From a virus (lineage: Duplodnaviria > Caudoviricetes): a stretch of 26,083 bases of DNA. The DNA lies in the IMG/VR virus record IMGVR_UViG_3300020042_004131, positions 1 through 26,083 of that record. One strand, 5' to 3'. Below, one piece after another: positions 6,854 through 15,685 of the stretch (positions are counted from its first letter, which is position 1; each line of letters starts with the position of its first letter). Under the pieces are notes generated by a model. That model did not search any database and had not been told where the DNA came from. It saw only the letters and a program-made list of their open reading frames with translations. A program made the position numbers and the translations under genes.

Positions 6854-9063
6854 TACCCCCGAACGTCGCCGACATCTCCACTTAACAACACCTTCCCGAG
6901 CTGGTAGTTGCCGTTCACAACGTTGCTAACAAAACGCAGCCTCATCTCCCGCCTCTGCTCCTTCATGTCAATCTTGCCCGTATCAGGCCCAAACACATAA
7001 GGCCCAGACGTGGCATCAGCAGACTGTGCGTAAGGTCTTCCCGTGATCACCAGGCTCATGTCCCCGGTCTGTACAAAATCAGGCTCCACGCGCTCTAGAC
7101 GCAGCCATTTGTTGTCTCCGGCTACCCCAGCCTGCCCAGGAATAGGAGCCGGCGCTGCAGGGCCTCCTGATACCCACCCAAGGTCGTTTGTCTCAAAGTA
7201 GGACTCAATTGCCGCGGAGTCCTGGCCGGTCACCTCATTAACACCGTACTCGTGCTGGTAGACGCGAATTCGATTCAGTGGAGAGCTAAACGTTAGCGTC
7301 TGGGTTCCCGATCCAGTTGCCGCAATTGACATCTGAATGCTCTGGATATAAACCTCACTAACAGGAACAGAGAAGCCAGCTCCGCCAGGAATAGTCGCCG
7401 TCAGCACCGCCCCAATAACGTACCCAGAGCCCCTATTGACAATCGTCACCGAGGTAACAGAACCTCCGCCACCTACGACTATGTTTGCCGTCGCACCAAA
7501 GCCCCCGCCACCAGATAATGCAGTTGCATTGTACGTCCCCGGCGTATAGCTAGAGCCACCAGTCAAGGCACCGAGCGTCTTTAGACTATTTGAAACAACC
7601 GAGACGACGGTAGTATTAGCCGCGATGTTGGTGCCGGTAATGACCTGAAGCGGATCCGCCAGGGTGCTTGCAAAGTCTGCGTTTAACCAGACACTCCCGC
7701 TCACCGTTGTGTAATCGCCCACAAACACCTGCGTACTTGGGATTGTGGTTGACTGCGCCATGATCGGGTAGGGGAAGACCATAGAGAAGTACCCAGCACT
7801 CCTGCGGGCCCCTAAAGCCTGGCCAGCGTCATACCATGCCCCAGAGCGGACGTTGAAGATCACCGCGTCATTGCATTCGGTTGACGTCCCTCGAGGGTAA
7901 AACCACCAGATCTCACCAAACCGTGGCACCTTTGTCGCCCAGACCTTCTGCCTCTGCGAATAGTTAAGGTTGTCAAAGAAGTAGTTCTGGTTGAAGTCGT
8001 TAGGGATCTCCTTAACCGTCCCGCCGTAGAGCAGGAATCGGTCAACGCCACACCAATAATAAATTCCGTCGTACTCAACCACAGACTGGCTAGACATAAT
8101 AGAAGACTGACCTGAGACCGTCTCATAGCGCCAAAACTGAGGGGGAGTGCCAGCGCCGCCAATGTAAGAAACGCGAATTAAACTATCCAGACTCCAAAAC
8201 AAGCCAGACGGGGAGTTGCTACCGCCTCGAACGGCCAACCCCGCCACAATCTTCCCGGTGGCGACGTTAACCTCGTTTGAATCCAACCCCACCCAATTTG
8301 AAGGGTTCCCGGCCGAGCAATTTTTGAGGAACCCGTTGTTGCCGTAAACGAAGATGTAAGGGTGCAGCGAGACCACACCCCCAGAGACGTCTACGTTGTT
8401 GTCAAACGTGGCCGTAATGGTTCCAGATGGGACGACGTTGCTAACAGTCACCGATGTAGTGTTAACACCTAAGACAACCGTATTAGCCGGGACATTGGTG
8501 CCGGTCATCGTCTGGCCTACCCCAACCAATACATTCGCGGCGGCCAGAGTTACTACGTTCGTATTGTTGCCCGTAATAGACGCCGTAAAAACACCGATCT
8601 TCGACATCGTGGTGCCGTTAATGTCGCCAATCAGTACCGGCGTATTGACCGAGCTATCAACCGCGGCAAGGTTCTGACCTGGATGAGCAACAATTGATCC
8701 TACGCCGTTACCGCCAACGTCATAGAACCCATCAAACTGCCAGAGGTTGTTGGCGCTAGCGGTAAAGTTAGACAGCGTAAAGTTCTGAATACCCTGGCCG
8801 TTTCCGTTGTTGTCGATCACCAGCTCCTGCAGGCCACCGCTATAGCCTGAGAAAATCTGGTTGATCCCATTTGTGGCGTTGGACCACATCCCTCTAGAGG
8901 GCCCAGTGAGCTGGTCAGAGAGCATCCGGTATCCGCCGATCTTACGGGGCCTGCCGCGCTGAAACCTTACCCAACGCCCATCGGTGTAGAAGTTTTTGTC
9001 AAAGAGTGTCCCGTCGCGCTGTACGCCTGGCTGAGTATCTAGAGAAAAAACCTTCTTAGTCAT
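6850..9063 (-). CDS. Putative tail nozzle / tail tubular protein B-like (P22 gp10 / T7 gp12 analogue), ~737 aa
   Basis: Likely start is ATG at 9063 (MTKKVFSLDTQPGVQRDGT), 1 nt after the upstream stop, rather than 9090. Beta-rich; RWVRFQRGRPRKIGG N-terminus and FGEIWWFYP motif; size and position fit a nozzle. Confidence 0.7.
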   Translation of the reverse strand: MTKKVFSLDTQPGVQRDGTLFDKNFYTDGRWVRFQRGRPRKIGGYRMLSDQLTGPSRGMWSNATNGINQIFSGYSGGLQELVIDNNGNGQGIQNFTLSNFTASANNLWQFDGFYDVGGNGVGSIVAHPGQNLAAVDSSVNTPVLIGDINGTTMSKIGVFTASITGNNTNVVTLAAANVLVGVGQTMTGTNVPANTVVLGVNTTSVTVSNVVPSGTITATFDNNVDVSGGVVSLHPYIFVYGNNGFLKNCSAGNPSNWVGLDSNEVNVATGKIVAGLAVRGGSNSPSGLFWSLDSLIRVSYIGGAGTPPQFWRYETVSGQSSIMSSQSVVEYDGIYYWCGVDRFLLYGGTVKEIPNDFNQNYFFDNLNYSQRQKVWATKVPRFGEIWWFYPRGTSTECNDAVIFNVRSGAWYDAGQALGARRSAGYFSMVFPYPIMAQSTTIPSTQVFVGDYTTVSGSVWLNADFASTLADPLQVITGTNIAANTTVVSVVSNSLKTLGALTGGSSYTPGTYNATALSGGGGFGATANIVVGGGGSVTSVTIVNRGSGYVIGAVLTATIPGGAGFSVPVSEVYIQSIQMSIAATGSGTQTLTFSSPLNRIRVYQHEYGVNEVTGQDSAAIESYFETNDLGWVSGGPAAPAPIPGQAGVAGDNKWLRLERVEPDFVQTGDMSLVITGRPYAQSADATSGPYVFGPDTGKIDMKEQRREMRLRFVSNVVNGNYQLGKVLLSGDVGDVRGY

Positions 9064-9064
9064 C

Positions 9065-10291
9065 TCAGAATACCCCGCCAGATACCCCACCCGTGAATGT
9101 GCCGGAGCCGCTAATCGTTAGCCCAGTTGCACTAAGACCAAACCGCTTGATGCCAAGTATGGCCAGGCCAATCTCCCCGGTGCCAACGTAGTACATCCCG
9201 GTCGATGCCTCCGACAAAAAAGCCAAAGAAGGCGAACCCACCGAGCCATTTACAAGAGAAACCGACGAGCCACCAACAGCGATTGTGGAGGCATTAAAGA
9301 GGTTCACCGAGTCACAGAGCAAGATAACCTGCTGACTGCCAGGAACCGAGACAGTCGCAGCACCAGCAGCCCCAGTCGTAAAGGTGATTGAGCCACTTGA
9401 CTGATTCGTAACGTAGTAAACCTGGATCGTCTGCGGCAGCACCACCGTCACAGGGTTAATGATCGTCCCGGTGTATTTCTGAATGACGTTAGCGGCCTCT
9501 GTGGCGGTCAGGGTATAAGTCCCCTCAGAGACCGCCTTCGTCAACTGCGTAAAGTTAAACTGAGCGCTTCTGCCCAGTCCAACAGTAAAAAAAGCGGCCC
9601 CAGAGCAGCAAATCATGCACGAATCACTGGGAGCCAAAGAAATCGAATTTGCACCGTCAATCAACTGGCCAGAACTCGGTGCAACAGAAAGGTTGCCGCT
9701 GCCACCGTTACGAACCAAGATAAACCAGTCATTGCCAAGCGTAACGGCCGAGGTAAGCGTTAAGGTCCCTGAGCCACCCGTCCAGACAAAAGTATCTGCC
9801 CTGTCTGCCGCAACCGTCGTATAGGCATTAGAGAACGTGTTGACCTGGTGCGCGGTATTAAGAGTAGAGGAGATCGCCTTGAGGCCATACCCGGCAAGCG
9901 TGGCGGCATCAGCGTTAGAAGACCCCACACCAAAGGCAATAGAGCCCCAGGTTCCGGCAGCCGTCGTGTTAGTGGTGATGTATATGTAACGAGCCTGCCC
10001 AGCGGCGATCGTAGCCACCGCCCCACCCGCGTTGTCCACTACGTTAAAAGAGTTTGCGCCGGTGTTACGGATTAGGCTGTCTTGACCAACAGAGGCCTGG
10101 TTCGCAGCGGGGAGGGTGATTGCCAGCCCTGCAGTGGTCGCAGAAACGTCCATGATGCGGGCAATTACGTCACCCGCGGCGTTACCATTAACCGGCCAGG
10201 AAAGCGTCGTATTAGCCGTTAGAGAGATGCTACGGTAGGAGACGTCGGTAGGCTGAATGACGTCGCCGGTGAACGGGCTAATAAAACTCAT
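9065..10291 (-). CDS. Tail structural protein / fibre-anchor-like, 408 aa
   Basis: Thr/Ser/Gly/Ala-rich beta protein with three internally similar segments (ITLPAA..RNTG, LTLTSA..RNGG, VVLPQT..TNQS) and a C-terminal SPSLAF..STGMY motif common in phage fibres. Confidence 0.6.
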   Translation of the reverse strand: MSFISPFTGDVIQPTDVSYRSISLTANTTLSWPVNGNAAGDVIARIMDVSATTAGLAITLPAANQASVGQDSLIRNTGANSFNVVDNAGGAVATIAAGQARYIYITTNTTAAGTWGSIAFGVGSSNADAATLAGYGLKAISSTLNTAHQVNTFSNAYTTVAADRADTFVWTGGSGTLTLTSAVTLGNDWFILVRNGGSGNLSVAPSSGQLIDGANSISLAPSDSCMICCSGAAFFTVGLGRSAQFNFTQLTKAVSEGTYTLTATEAANVIQKYTGTIINPVTVVLPQTIQVYYVTNQSSGSITFTTGAAGAATVSVPGSQQVILLCDSVNLFNASTIAVGGSSVSLVNGSVGSPSLAFLSEASTGMYYVGTGEIGLAILGIKRFGLSATGLTISGSGTFTGGVSGGVF

Positions 10292-10920
10292 TATGAATCC
10301 CTCACAATTGCTTGACGGTCACCAATCCTGGCAACGTCCTCTGTCTTCAGTGTGGCGATTACCCGATCGTACTGTGCCTGCCACATCGGCATCCGTTCGT
10401 CATTTTTCAAAAACGGCATCGCCTGCAGCAAACTGCCGTACAGCATCGCCTGGGGAGCGTACTGAGTAAACCAGTTTGTTTGGTTCGTAACGTCCAGGGG
10501 CTGCACCCGCTCGTAGTACAGAACCTCGTAGTTGTAAGCCAAATCTGGGGTCGGCGCCACCAGCCAGTGCGTATAGTCGTAGTCGCAGTAATATACGGGC
10601 GTATCCCTCTGAGTGGCGTTAGGCCAGTAGTTCCTCAGATACTCGTACTTACGCAAGAAAACCGGCTGACGCTGGCTGTTGTCAATAAGGTTGATGGATA
10701 CAGTTTTGCGCCACCTTGCCGGCTTAACGATAATCGGCTCACCAATGTTCATGGTGCTAGTCACAACCGTCAAGTTGCCCAGGAACTGGATTTCCGTAGA
10801 AATAACCTGCTCCGCCAGCATGATGAAGGTCGGAATCTTCTCAATCGTGGCCGTGTCTGTACGCTCCAGATAAGAGGATATGTCGGTCACCAAACTCGCA
10901 TACGTCATCTCAACGGCCAT
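10291..10920 (-). CDS. Putative head-tail adaptor / tail tubular protein A-like, 209 aa
   Basis: MTYASLVTDISSYLER..IPTFIMLAE N-terminus, VAPTPD..Y and NWFTQYAPQAMLYGSLLQA motifs; RBS-like GGAAG upstream. Confidence 0.7.
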   Translation of the reverse strand: MAVEMTYASLVTDISSYLERTDTATIEKIPTFIMLAEQVISTEIQFLGNLTVVTSTMNIGEPIIVKPARWRKTVSINLIDNSQRQPVFLRKYEYLRNYWPNATQRDTPVYYCDYDYTHWLVAPTPDLAYNYEVLYYERVQPLDVTNQTNWFTQYAPQAMLYGSLLQAMPFLKNDERMPMWQAQYDRVIATLKTEDVARIGDRQAIVRDS

Positions 10921-10929
10921 GACACTTCC

Positions 10930-11367
10930 TTATCTTGAGGCTACGCCCTTGTGCTTCTCAAAACTGCGCATCCCGCCAAACCCAAGTAGTCCAGCAAGCA
11001 AGGTCATGAGCTGCTCAACCTGAAGATCCGGGGGCGGAGCCAAACCTGCAGGGATCCATTCTACTCCCTGCCCAAACGCCCAAACCCATTGCATTAAGGG
11101 ATACCCGAGGAATTGGTAAGCGAGGCCAAGTACCCCAACCCAGCCCACAGCAGGACGCCAACCACTGACAAATACGCTAGAACTCGCCGCTTCAATTTTA
11201 TTGACTTCAACCTGAGCCAAGTCGGTCTCTTGGTCAATTCTTTTTTCCTCAAGGTCAAGCCTGCGCTCCTCCAGCGCCATCTCCATGCGTTCTTTATCCG
11301 TCGTGATGAGTGAATCCGCAACTTTTCCAACGCCTTCAATGATTGACCCAATACCAATCAGATCCAT
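10930..11367 (-). CDS. Holin (3TM / GTA-holin-like), 145 aa
   Basis: FVSGWRPAVGWVG and LLGFGGMRSFEK motifs, hydrophobic segments, directly downstream of the endolysin. Confidence 0.85.
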   Translation of the reverse strand: MDLIGIGSIIEGVGKVADSLITTDKERMEMALEERRLDLEEKRIDQETDLAQVEVNKIEAASSSVFVSGWRPAVGWVGVLGLAYQFLGYPLMQWVWAFGQGVEWIPAGLAPPPDLQVEQLMTLLAGLLGFGGMRSFEKHKGVASR

Positions 11368-11882
11368 TATTTCAAACCTTTAAGAGTGCGGTTGACCCAG
11401 CCTAATAAGAATTTGGACTGATTGCGGTTCTTGTTGCAGATGTCAGCGTAACGGGTGATCTTAGCTAGGGCGTAGGATTTCTTGAACGATTCTGGTTCAG
11501 CATTGTTGAACTTCTGTAACGTAACAGGGCCAACCGCGCCGTCTGGGGTAGCACCAACAATCAACTGTGCCAACTTAACCGCAACCCCCATGCCAGTGTT
11601 TACGCCGAAGTTGAAAACCGATTCCGCAACAACTTGGTTCGTAATCTCATCCCCTCTAAGACGATCCCAAAACTCAGCCTTATAGAACGAGCGCACCATC
11701 CCAGTAAGGAGCGGATTGTTGATTTCTTTGTGGTCAATGAGGTTCCATCCGCCCCACTGAGGGTTTTTGTTTCGTGCAATTCCAGCATAAGTCATCCCAC
11801 CCGTATCACCGGGGACTGTGTGTAAAACGTAGCCGCCCTCGTCGCGGATCATTTGCTCAAAGGCGGCGTTGAAGTCAGCCAT
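11367..11882 (-). CDS. Endolysin, glycoside hydrolase family 108 with C-terminal peptidoglycan-binding domain, 171 aa
   Basis: EGGY catalytic motif, D.GG.T..GI, FNFGVNTG, DGAVGPVT, FLLGWVNR. Confidence 0.92.
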   Translation of the reverse strand: MADFNAAFEQMIRDEGGYVLHTVPGDTGGMTYAGIARNKNPQWGGWNLIDHKEINNPLLTGMVRSFYKAEFWDRLRGDEITNQVVAESVFNFGVNTGMGVAVKLAQLIVGATPDGAVGPVTLQKFNNAEPESFKKSYALAKITRYADICNKNRNQSKFLLGWVNRTLKGLK

Positions 11883-12039
11883 TTTGCTTGTCCTTCATCT
11901 TGTTTATGATCTCAAAGGCGCTCTTTACCTTTTCCTCAAGCACGGCAACCCGCAAATCAAGCTTTGATAGCACGACGATGAGCGTGACAAGGCCCAGCAA
12001 CACCGGCCAGGCTTTAAGGAAAAGTTCGGCAATTTCCAT
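11875..12039 (-). CDS. Small single-TM membrane protein, holin/antiholin-like, 54 aa
   Basis: Below the ORF-track cutoff. MEIAELFLKAWPVLLGLVTLIVVLSKLDLRVAVLEEKVKSAFEIINKMKDKQNG*; purine-rich AAAGGGCGGAC before the ATG; overlaps the endolysin start by 8 nt. Confidence 0.75.
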   Translation of the reverse strand: MEIAELFLKAWPVLLGLVTLIVVLSKLDLRVAVLEEKVKSAFEIINKMKDKQNG

Positions 12040-12055
12040 GTCCGCCCTTTAATGC

Positions 12056-12081
12056 GGCCCCGGCAGATCACCACCAGGGCC
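12056..12081 (-). terminator. GC-rich stem-loop (terminator-like or 3' stabiliser)
   Basis: Minus strand GGCCCTGGTGG-TGAT-CTGCCGGGGCC, 11-bp stem with G-U pairs, 6 nt after the TAA at 12088-12090; no clear U tract. Confidence 0.45.
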
Positions 12082-12087
12082 CTGTTC

Positions 12088-12305
12088 TTACTCGTCGTCT
12101 TCTTCGCCGCCTCCTCGCCCTCAGCGTCTTCTTCAACCTTGTCTGCAATCTCAAAATGAGCAGATACCTGAGCGTCAAACAAACGGGTCAAGGTGAACTC
12201 GCTGATTCCGTTCTCAGCGGCAACTGCAAAGGCAACAGAAAACAAAGAATTCAAGGCCTCGAGCGGCGTTGAACCATCAATAACCTCAATGATCAAATCG
12301 TCCAT
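12088..12305 (-). CDS. Small highly acidic protein (~72 aa) with an apparent 1-nt frameshift near its 3' end (track calls a 126-aa ORF to 11925)
   Basis: MDDLIIEVIDGS...KVEEDAEGEE; the acidic tail continues in the -1 frame as GGC GAA GAA GAC GAC GAG TAA (GEEDDE*). Strong SD AGGGGG. Confidence 0.65.
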
Positions 12306-12356
12306 GAAAACCCCCTAAAATTGATTGGGCAAGCGCCCGAGGGGATTTTACACCAC
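12306..12356 (-). promoter_or_regulatory. Candidate -10 element plus RBS-sequestering hairpin in the leader of the acidic gene
   Basis: TGGTGTAAAAT with TAAAAT at 12350-12345; AAAATCCCCT (12349-12340) complementary to AGGGGGTTTT (12316-12307); inner hairpin GGGC-GCTT-GCCC (12338-12327). No good -35. Confidence 0.5.
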
Positions 12357-12363
12357 GGAAAAC

Positions 12364-12564
12364 TCATCCCTGGAACTTTAATATGATCGTCACAAGCAGG
12401 CCAATAATAGCCCCGGCGCCTGTAATAAATATCTGCTCGAGGCGCTTGATTCGTGCGTGAACGCCGCGCATTTCTTTCTCAATACCCTCGTATCTGACAG
12501 CGCATACATCAACGTGGGCATCAATTTTGTGATCAATGTCGGATACGGTAACCATATTAGTCAT
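12364..12564 (-). CDS. Small coiled-coil plus C-terminal TM protein (XhlA/holin-like), 66 aa
   Basis: HVDVCAVRYEGI..RIKRLEQ followed by hydrophobic IFITGAGAIIGLLVTIILK; first gene of the lysis cluster. Confidence 0.7.
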   Translation of the reverse strand: MTNMVTVSDIDHKIDAHVDVCAVRYEGIEKEMRGVHARIKRLEQIFITGAGAIIGLLVTIILKFQG

Positions 12565-12565
12565 C

Positions 12566-13801
12566 TCACGGAAGTGTGATTAAGTCATAGCTGGGAGTCG
12601 CTGCATCCACGGTTGTAACCCTACTAGCATCAAGAAGGCTTGACGTAGAAAAGGAAAACGCTGGCGAACTAAAGGTAGGGGTCACGGTGTTTAAAGTCTC
12701 TGATGTACTTGAATACGTAACCGAGGTCCCTCCAACTGAATAAGTACCAGTCAAAGATCCATTAGTCGGGAGGGATAGGATAAATGAATAATTGTTGACC
12801 GTAGAGTTGGGCGAGCAAAGCGCATAAATTGTATCAGTGGCGGTGTCCACAGAAATTGATCTAATTCGAGAAGTGACCCCTATAGATACCCTTCTTTGCC
12901 AAACCAAGTTGCCGCTGCTGTCAACCTTTAGAATAACGCCGTCGGACGATGTTCTACCGCCAATATATACGTTTGAAAAATTGTCTACGGCAACGCACAA
13001 GGCGCTAGTTGTTGACGACAGGGTCCTTGCCCAAACAAATGCGCCGGTGAGTGCGTTTAGCTTAACAACAAGAAGTAAAGAGCCTACTGTATACTGCCCG
13101 ACAACATAAAGGTCGTTGTTTAACTCAACGCAAGCAATTGGAATAACAGAAGAAGAAAGCGCTTTCCAAAAAACCAAAAAACTTGAGTTAATTTTTACTA
13201 GCAGAGGCGAATTTGAATTTACTATATATGCAGAGTCGGGGCTGCCAAAACCTATAAAATTAGAATTTAACTCTGAAGAGCTGCCGTAATATCTTTTTGT
13301 CACCACTGAGCCATTAGATATTATAAAGTAATGGCTGCGCGAAGTGGACCCCCCGCTTATAGTGTTCATGTACCCAGAGGCATATACCACTCCGACATTT
13401 GAAATCGTCAGTCCCTCAAATGTCCCTCTAGTTGTAATTGACCTTGCGGACGCCACGCTGCCATCGCTATTCAGAACAAAAAACAAAGGGATGTTATTAG
13501 CGCTAAAGTAGTAACCGGTGGCATAAATTTCAGTTGGCGATACGGTTTTGATTTTGGTAAAAGTAATTGCCAGCCCGCCAGTGGTAACTGTCTCTTTCCA
13601 TGTGGCGCTGCCATCAGAAGCCGTTTTAATAACCAGCCCCGAGGTCCCAATGCTATAGAGGCTGTCAGTCCCGTCAAACGTAGTTTCGTTGAGGTATTGC
13701 CCAGCCTTAGCTATCCAGTTGTTTCCAGAGATGACGGTTGTCGCATAAAACCCACTAAACCCTCGAACTGACGCAGCGCCTAGTGTTGCAATTACAGGCA
13801 T
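12566..13801 (-). CDS. Beta-propeller protein, putative fibre tip / receptor-binding protein, 411 aa
   Basis: Repeated blades (VAVDNFSNVYIGG, ILKVDSSGNLVWQRR, VKLNALTGAFVWART); N-terminal MPVIATLGAASVRGF anchor-like peptide; follows a fibre gene. Confidence 0.72.
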   Translation of the reverse strand: MPVIATLGAASVRGFSGFYATTVISGNNWIAKAGQYLNETTFDGTDSLYSIGTSGLVIKTASDGSATWKETVTTGGLAITFTKIKTVSPTEIYATGYYFSANNIPLFFVLNSDGSVASARSITTRGTFEGLTISNVGVVYASGYMNTISGGSTSRSHYFIISNGSVVTKRYYGSSSELNSNFIGFGSPDSAYIVNSNSPLLVKINSSFLVFWKALSSSVIPIACVELNNDLYVVGQYTVGSLLLVVKLNALTGAFVWARTLSSTTSALCVAVDNFSNVYIGGRTSSDGVILKVDSSGNLVWQRRVSIGVTSRIRSISVDTATDTIYALCSPNSTVNNYSFILSLPTNGSLTGTYSVGGTSVTYSSTSETLNTVTPTFSSPAFSFSTSSLLDASRVTTVDAATPSYDLITLP

Positions 13802-13803
13802 GA

Positions 13804-15261
13804 TTAGGCGAACCTGGTCTGAGAGGCCAACACCGTGTACGAGGATGGCCCTGTACGGATGATGGTGTAGGTATATACGTCGATGCTGTTTGCGTTACCC
13901 GTTGTAGGAGCGGTTCCACCCTGCCACCTCAATGCAGCAGGAGCCGTACCGTCAATCGTCACCGCTGATCCACCAACCGACAATGCACTGTTAAAGGCGT
14001 TAGTTACCGCACCAATCTGGGCAAGAACGGCAACCGTTACCGACTGTCCCTGGCTCATGAAGGAGCTTAGGGGGGTCCCGCTGCTTGCACGGAAATTAAG
14101 CGACCAGGGGTTTGTGGTGGCCGCGTTGTAGAAGATTACCGACTGCGTGGAGATGTCGATATTAAGAGCACCAGACGCCGCAGAACCTGTAACCGTACAG
14201 GCCTCGAGTGCGTTATCCAAGATCATGGACGGGACGCTGCTTGATCCGGCAAATGTCTGGGTGGCGGTGAATGTCCCAGCGTTAGCAAATGTGGCGACTT
14301 CGTTGGTATTTATCGCAACGCTACCTGTGTCGGTAATTGTCGTAAAGCTCATCCCGGTGCCGGCAGAGACACTCGTAACAGGGTTGGCCCAGACAAACGC
14401 ACTGCCGGTGTATTTTAGGTAGTTGGGACCACTTGTTGGTGGGGCGTCAATGAAATCGGTAACGCTCGTGGTGCTCTGATAGGGGATCTTGTTTGTTGCA
14501 CCACCAGAGAGATTGGCCACCGAGGTCACCGTGCCTGGATTCGTCCATGCAGGAATCTGGGCCGATGTTAAGGTCAGCACTTGTCCAGAACTACCTGCAG
14601 TTAGGAATGCCGTCGTGTTTGGTGCAGACTGATAGACGACAGCGCCAGCGGTACCGCCAGAGAGATTTGAGGCTGAGGTTGCAGAGCCCGCCGTGGCCCA
14701 TGTAGGAACGCCGCCAGAGGACATTGTGAGTACGGTGCCGCTAGACCCTGCAGGAACGAACGTGGTGGCGCCAGCGCCCGATTGGTAGGGCATGGAGCCA
14801 AGAGCCCCGCCAGCTAGGTTTGTTGCCAGGCTCGCGGTTCCGGTAAGCGATGCAGTAATGGTCCCAGCAGAGAAATTGCCCGATGCATCTCGTTTGACGA
14901 TCGCCGAGGCCGTGTTTAAGTTCGTCGGGGTAATCCAGGTAGGGGCACCGGTACCGTTAGAACTCAATAGATCGCCCGTAGTGCCCACCGCAGTGAAGAG
15001 GTAGGTCGTAGCTCCACCGTAGGCAATACCGCCCTGTGTCAGCGTCTGGATGCCTGTCCCGCCGGTGCTTACCGCAATGGGGTTGGTTGCGGCCGCCTTC
15101 GTTGCGATCGTCTGCAGGTTGCCGGAGCTGTCCTTATAGAAAAGCTTTCCGTCCGCGGTGTTAATGGCAAGCTCACCCGCGGCCAGGTTTGTAGTAGACG
15201 GCGTGGCTCCGGCGTTGGCGCTGTAATAGAGCTGGATCGGGGTGAAGGTTGGCTGGGCCAT
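13804..15261 (-). CDS. Tail fibre protein, 485 aa
   Basis: N-terminal PSTTNLAAGELAINTADGKLFYKD head motif, repeated NLAGG..G..PYQS..GQVLT..P.W units, C-terminal WQGGTAPT..NSIDVYTYTII domain. Confidence 0.82.
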   Translation of the reverse strand: MAQPTFTPIQLYYSANAGATPSTTNLAAGELAINTADGKLFYKDSSGNLQTIATKAAATNPIAVSTGGTGIQTLTQGGIAYGGATTYLFTAVGTTGDLLSSNGTGAPTWITPTNLNTASAIVKRDASGNFSAGTITASLTGTASLATNLAGGALGSMPYQSGAGATTFVPAGSSGTVLTMSSGGVPTWATAGSATSASNLSGGTAGAVVYQSAPNTTAFLTAGSSGQVLTLTSAQIPAWTNPGTVTSVANLSGGATNKIPYQSTTSVTDFIDAPPTSGPNYLKYTGSAFVWANPVTSVSAGTGMSFTTITDTGSVAINTNEVATFANAGTFTATQTFAGSSSVPSMILDNALEACTVTGSAASGALNIDISTQSVIFYNAATTNPWSLNFRASSGTPLSSFMSQGQSVTVAVLAQIGAVTNAFNSALSVGGSAVTIDGTAPAALRWQGGTAPTTGNANSIDVYTYTIIRTGPSSYTVLASQTRFA

Positions 15262-15263
15262 GT

Positions 15264-15683
15264 TTACACCACCGGCCAGACGATGTTAAAGGGATCAGCC
15301 TGAGTGGGGATGTCCCGCAGAGCCTGACGGTAGGTCGCCCATGCTGCCTTGTCAACGGGTGAGTCCAATACCTGAGTCCAGTCGGTGTCTTTGAGCATTT
15401 GATTGCGTTGATTGCGAACTACCTGCCACTGTGTTACTACGCGCTGGTCAAGTTCCTCTTGGGTAAGGGGCTCTACGTCAACGATGCAGCACATATCGTC
15501 ATACAGGTGAGGCGCGGCTGGGACTAGCTTCTCTGTTGCGTGGTCGTAGGGTTTCCACACCGTAATAACGTAGTAGCCCTCGGACTTGATCCAATCCACA
15601 GACGGCCCACGCTCACCGAAGGAGGTGTTGGGGAACCACTCAGTGTGGTCTTTGATGATGAGGTCTTGGTTAGCGATTTGCAT
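15264..15683 (-). CDS. Tail fibre assembly chaperone-like protein, 139 aa
   Basis: C-terminal VRNQRNQMLKDTDWTQ..D..WATYRQALRDIPTQ..P..IVWP signature. Confidence 0.85.
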   Translation of the reverse strand: MQIANQDLIIKDHTEWFPNTSFGERGPSVDWIKSEGYYVITVWKPYDHATEKLVPAAPHLYDDMCCIVDVEPLTQEELDQRVVTQWQVVRNQRNQMLKDTDWTQVLDSPVDKAAWATYRQALRDIPTQADPFNIVWPVV

Positions 15684-15685
15684 GG

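Noticed and set aside
9064-9090. Track start of the nozzle gene at 9090
   Set aside because: Overlaps the upstream gene; ATG at 9063 directly after the upstream stop is more plausible.
11925-12087. C-terminal extension of the 126-aa ORF
   Set aside because: Runs through a hairpin and overlaps a better 54-aa gene; best explained by a frameshift near 12110.
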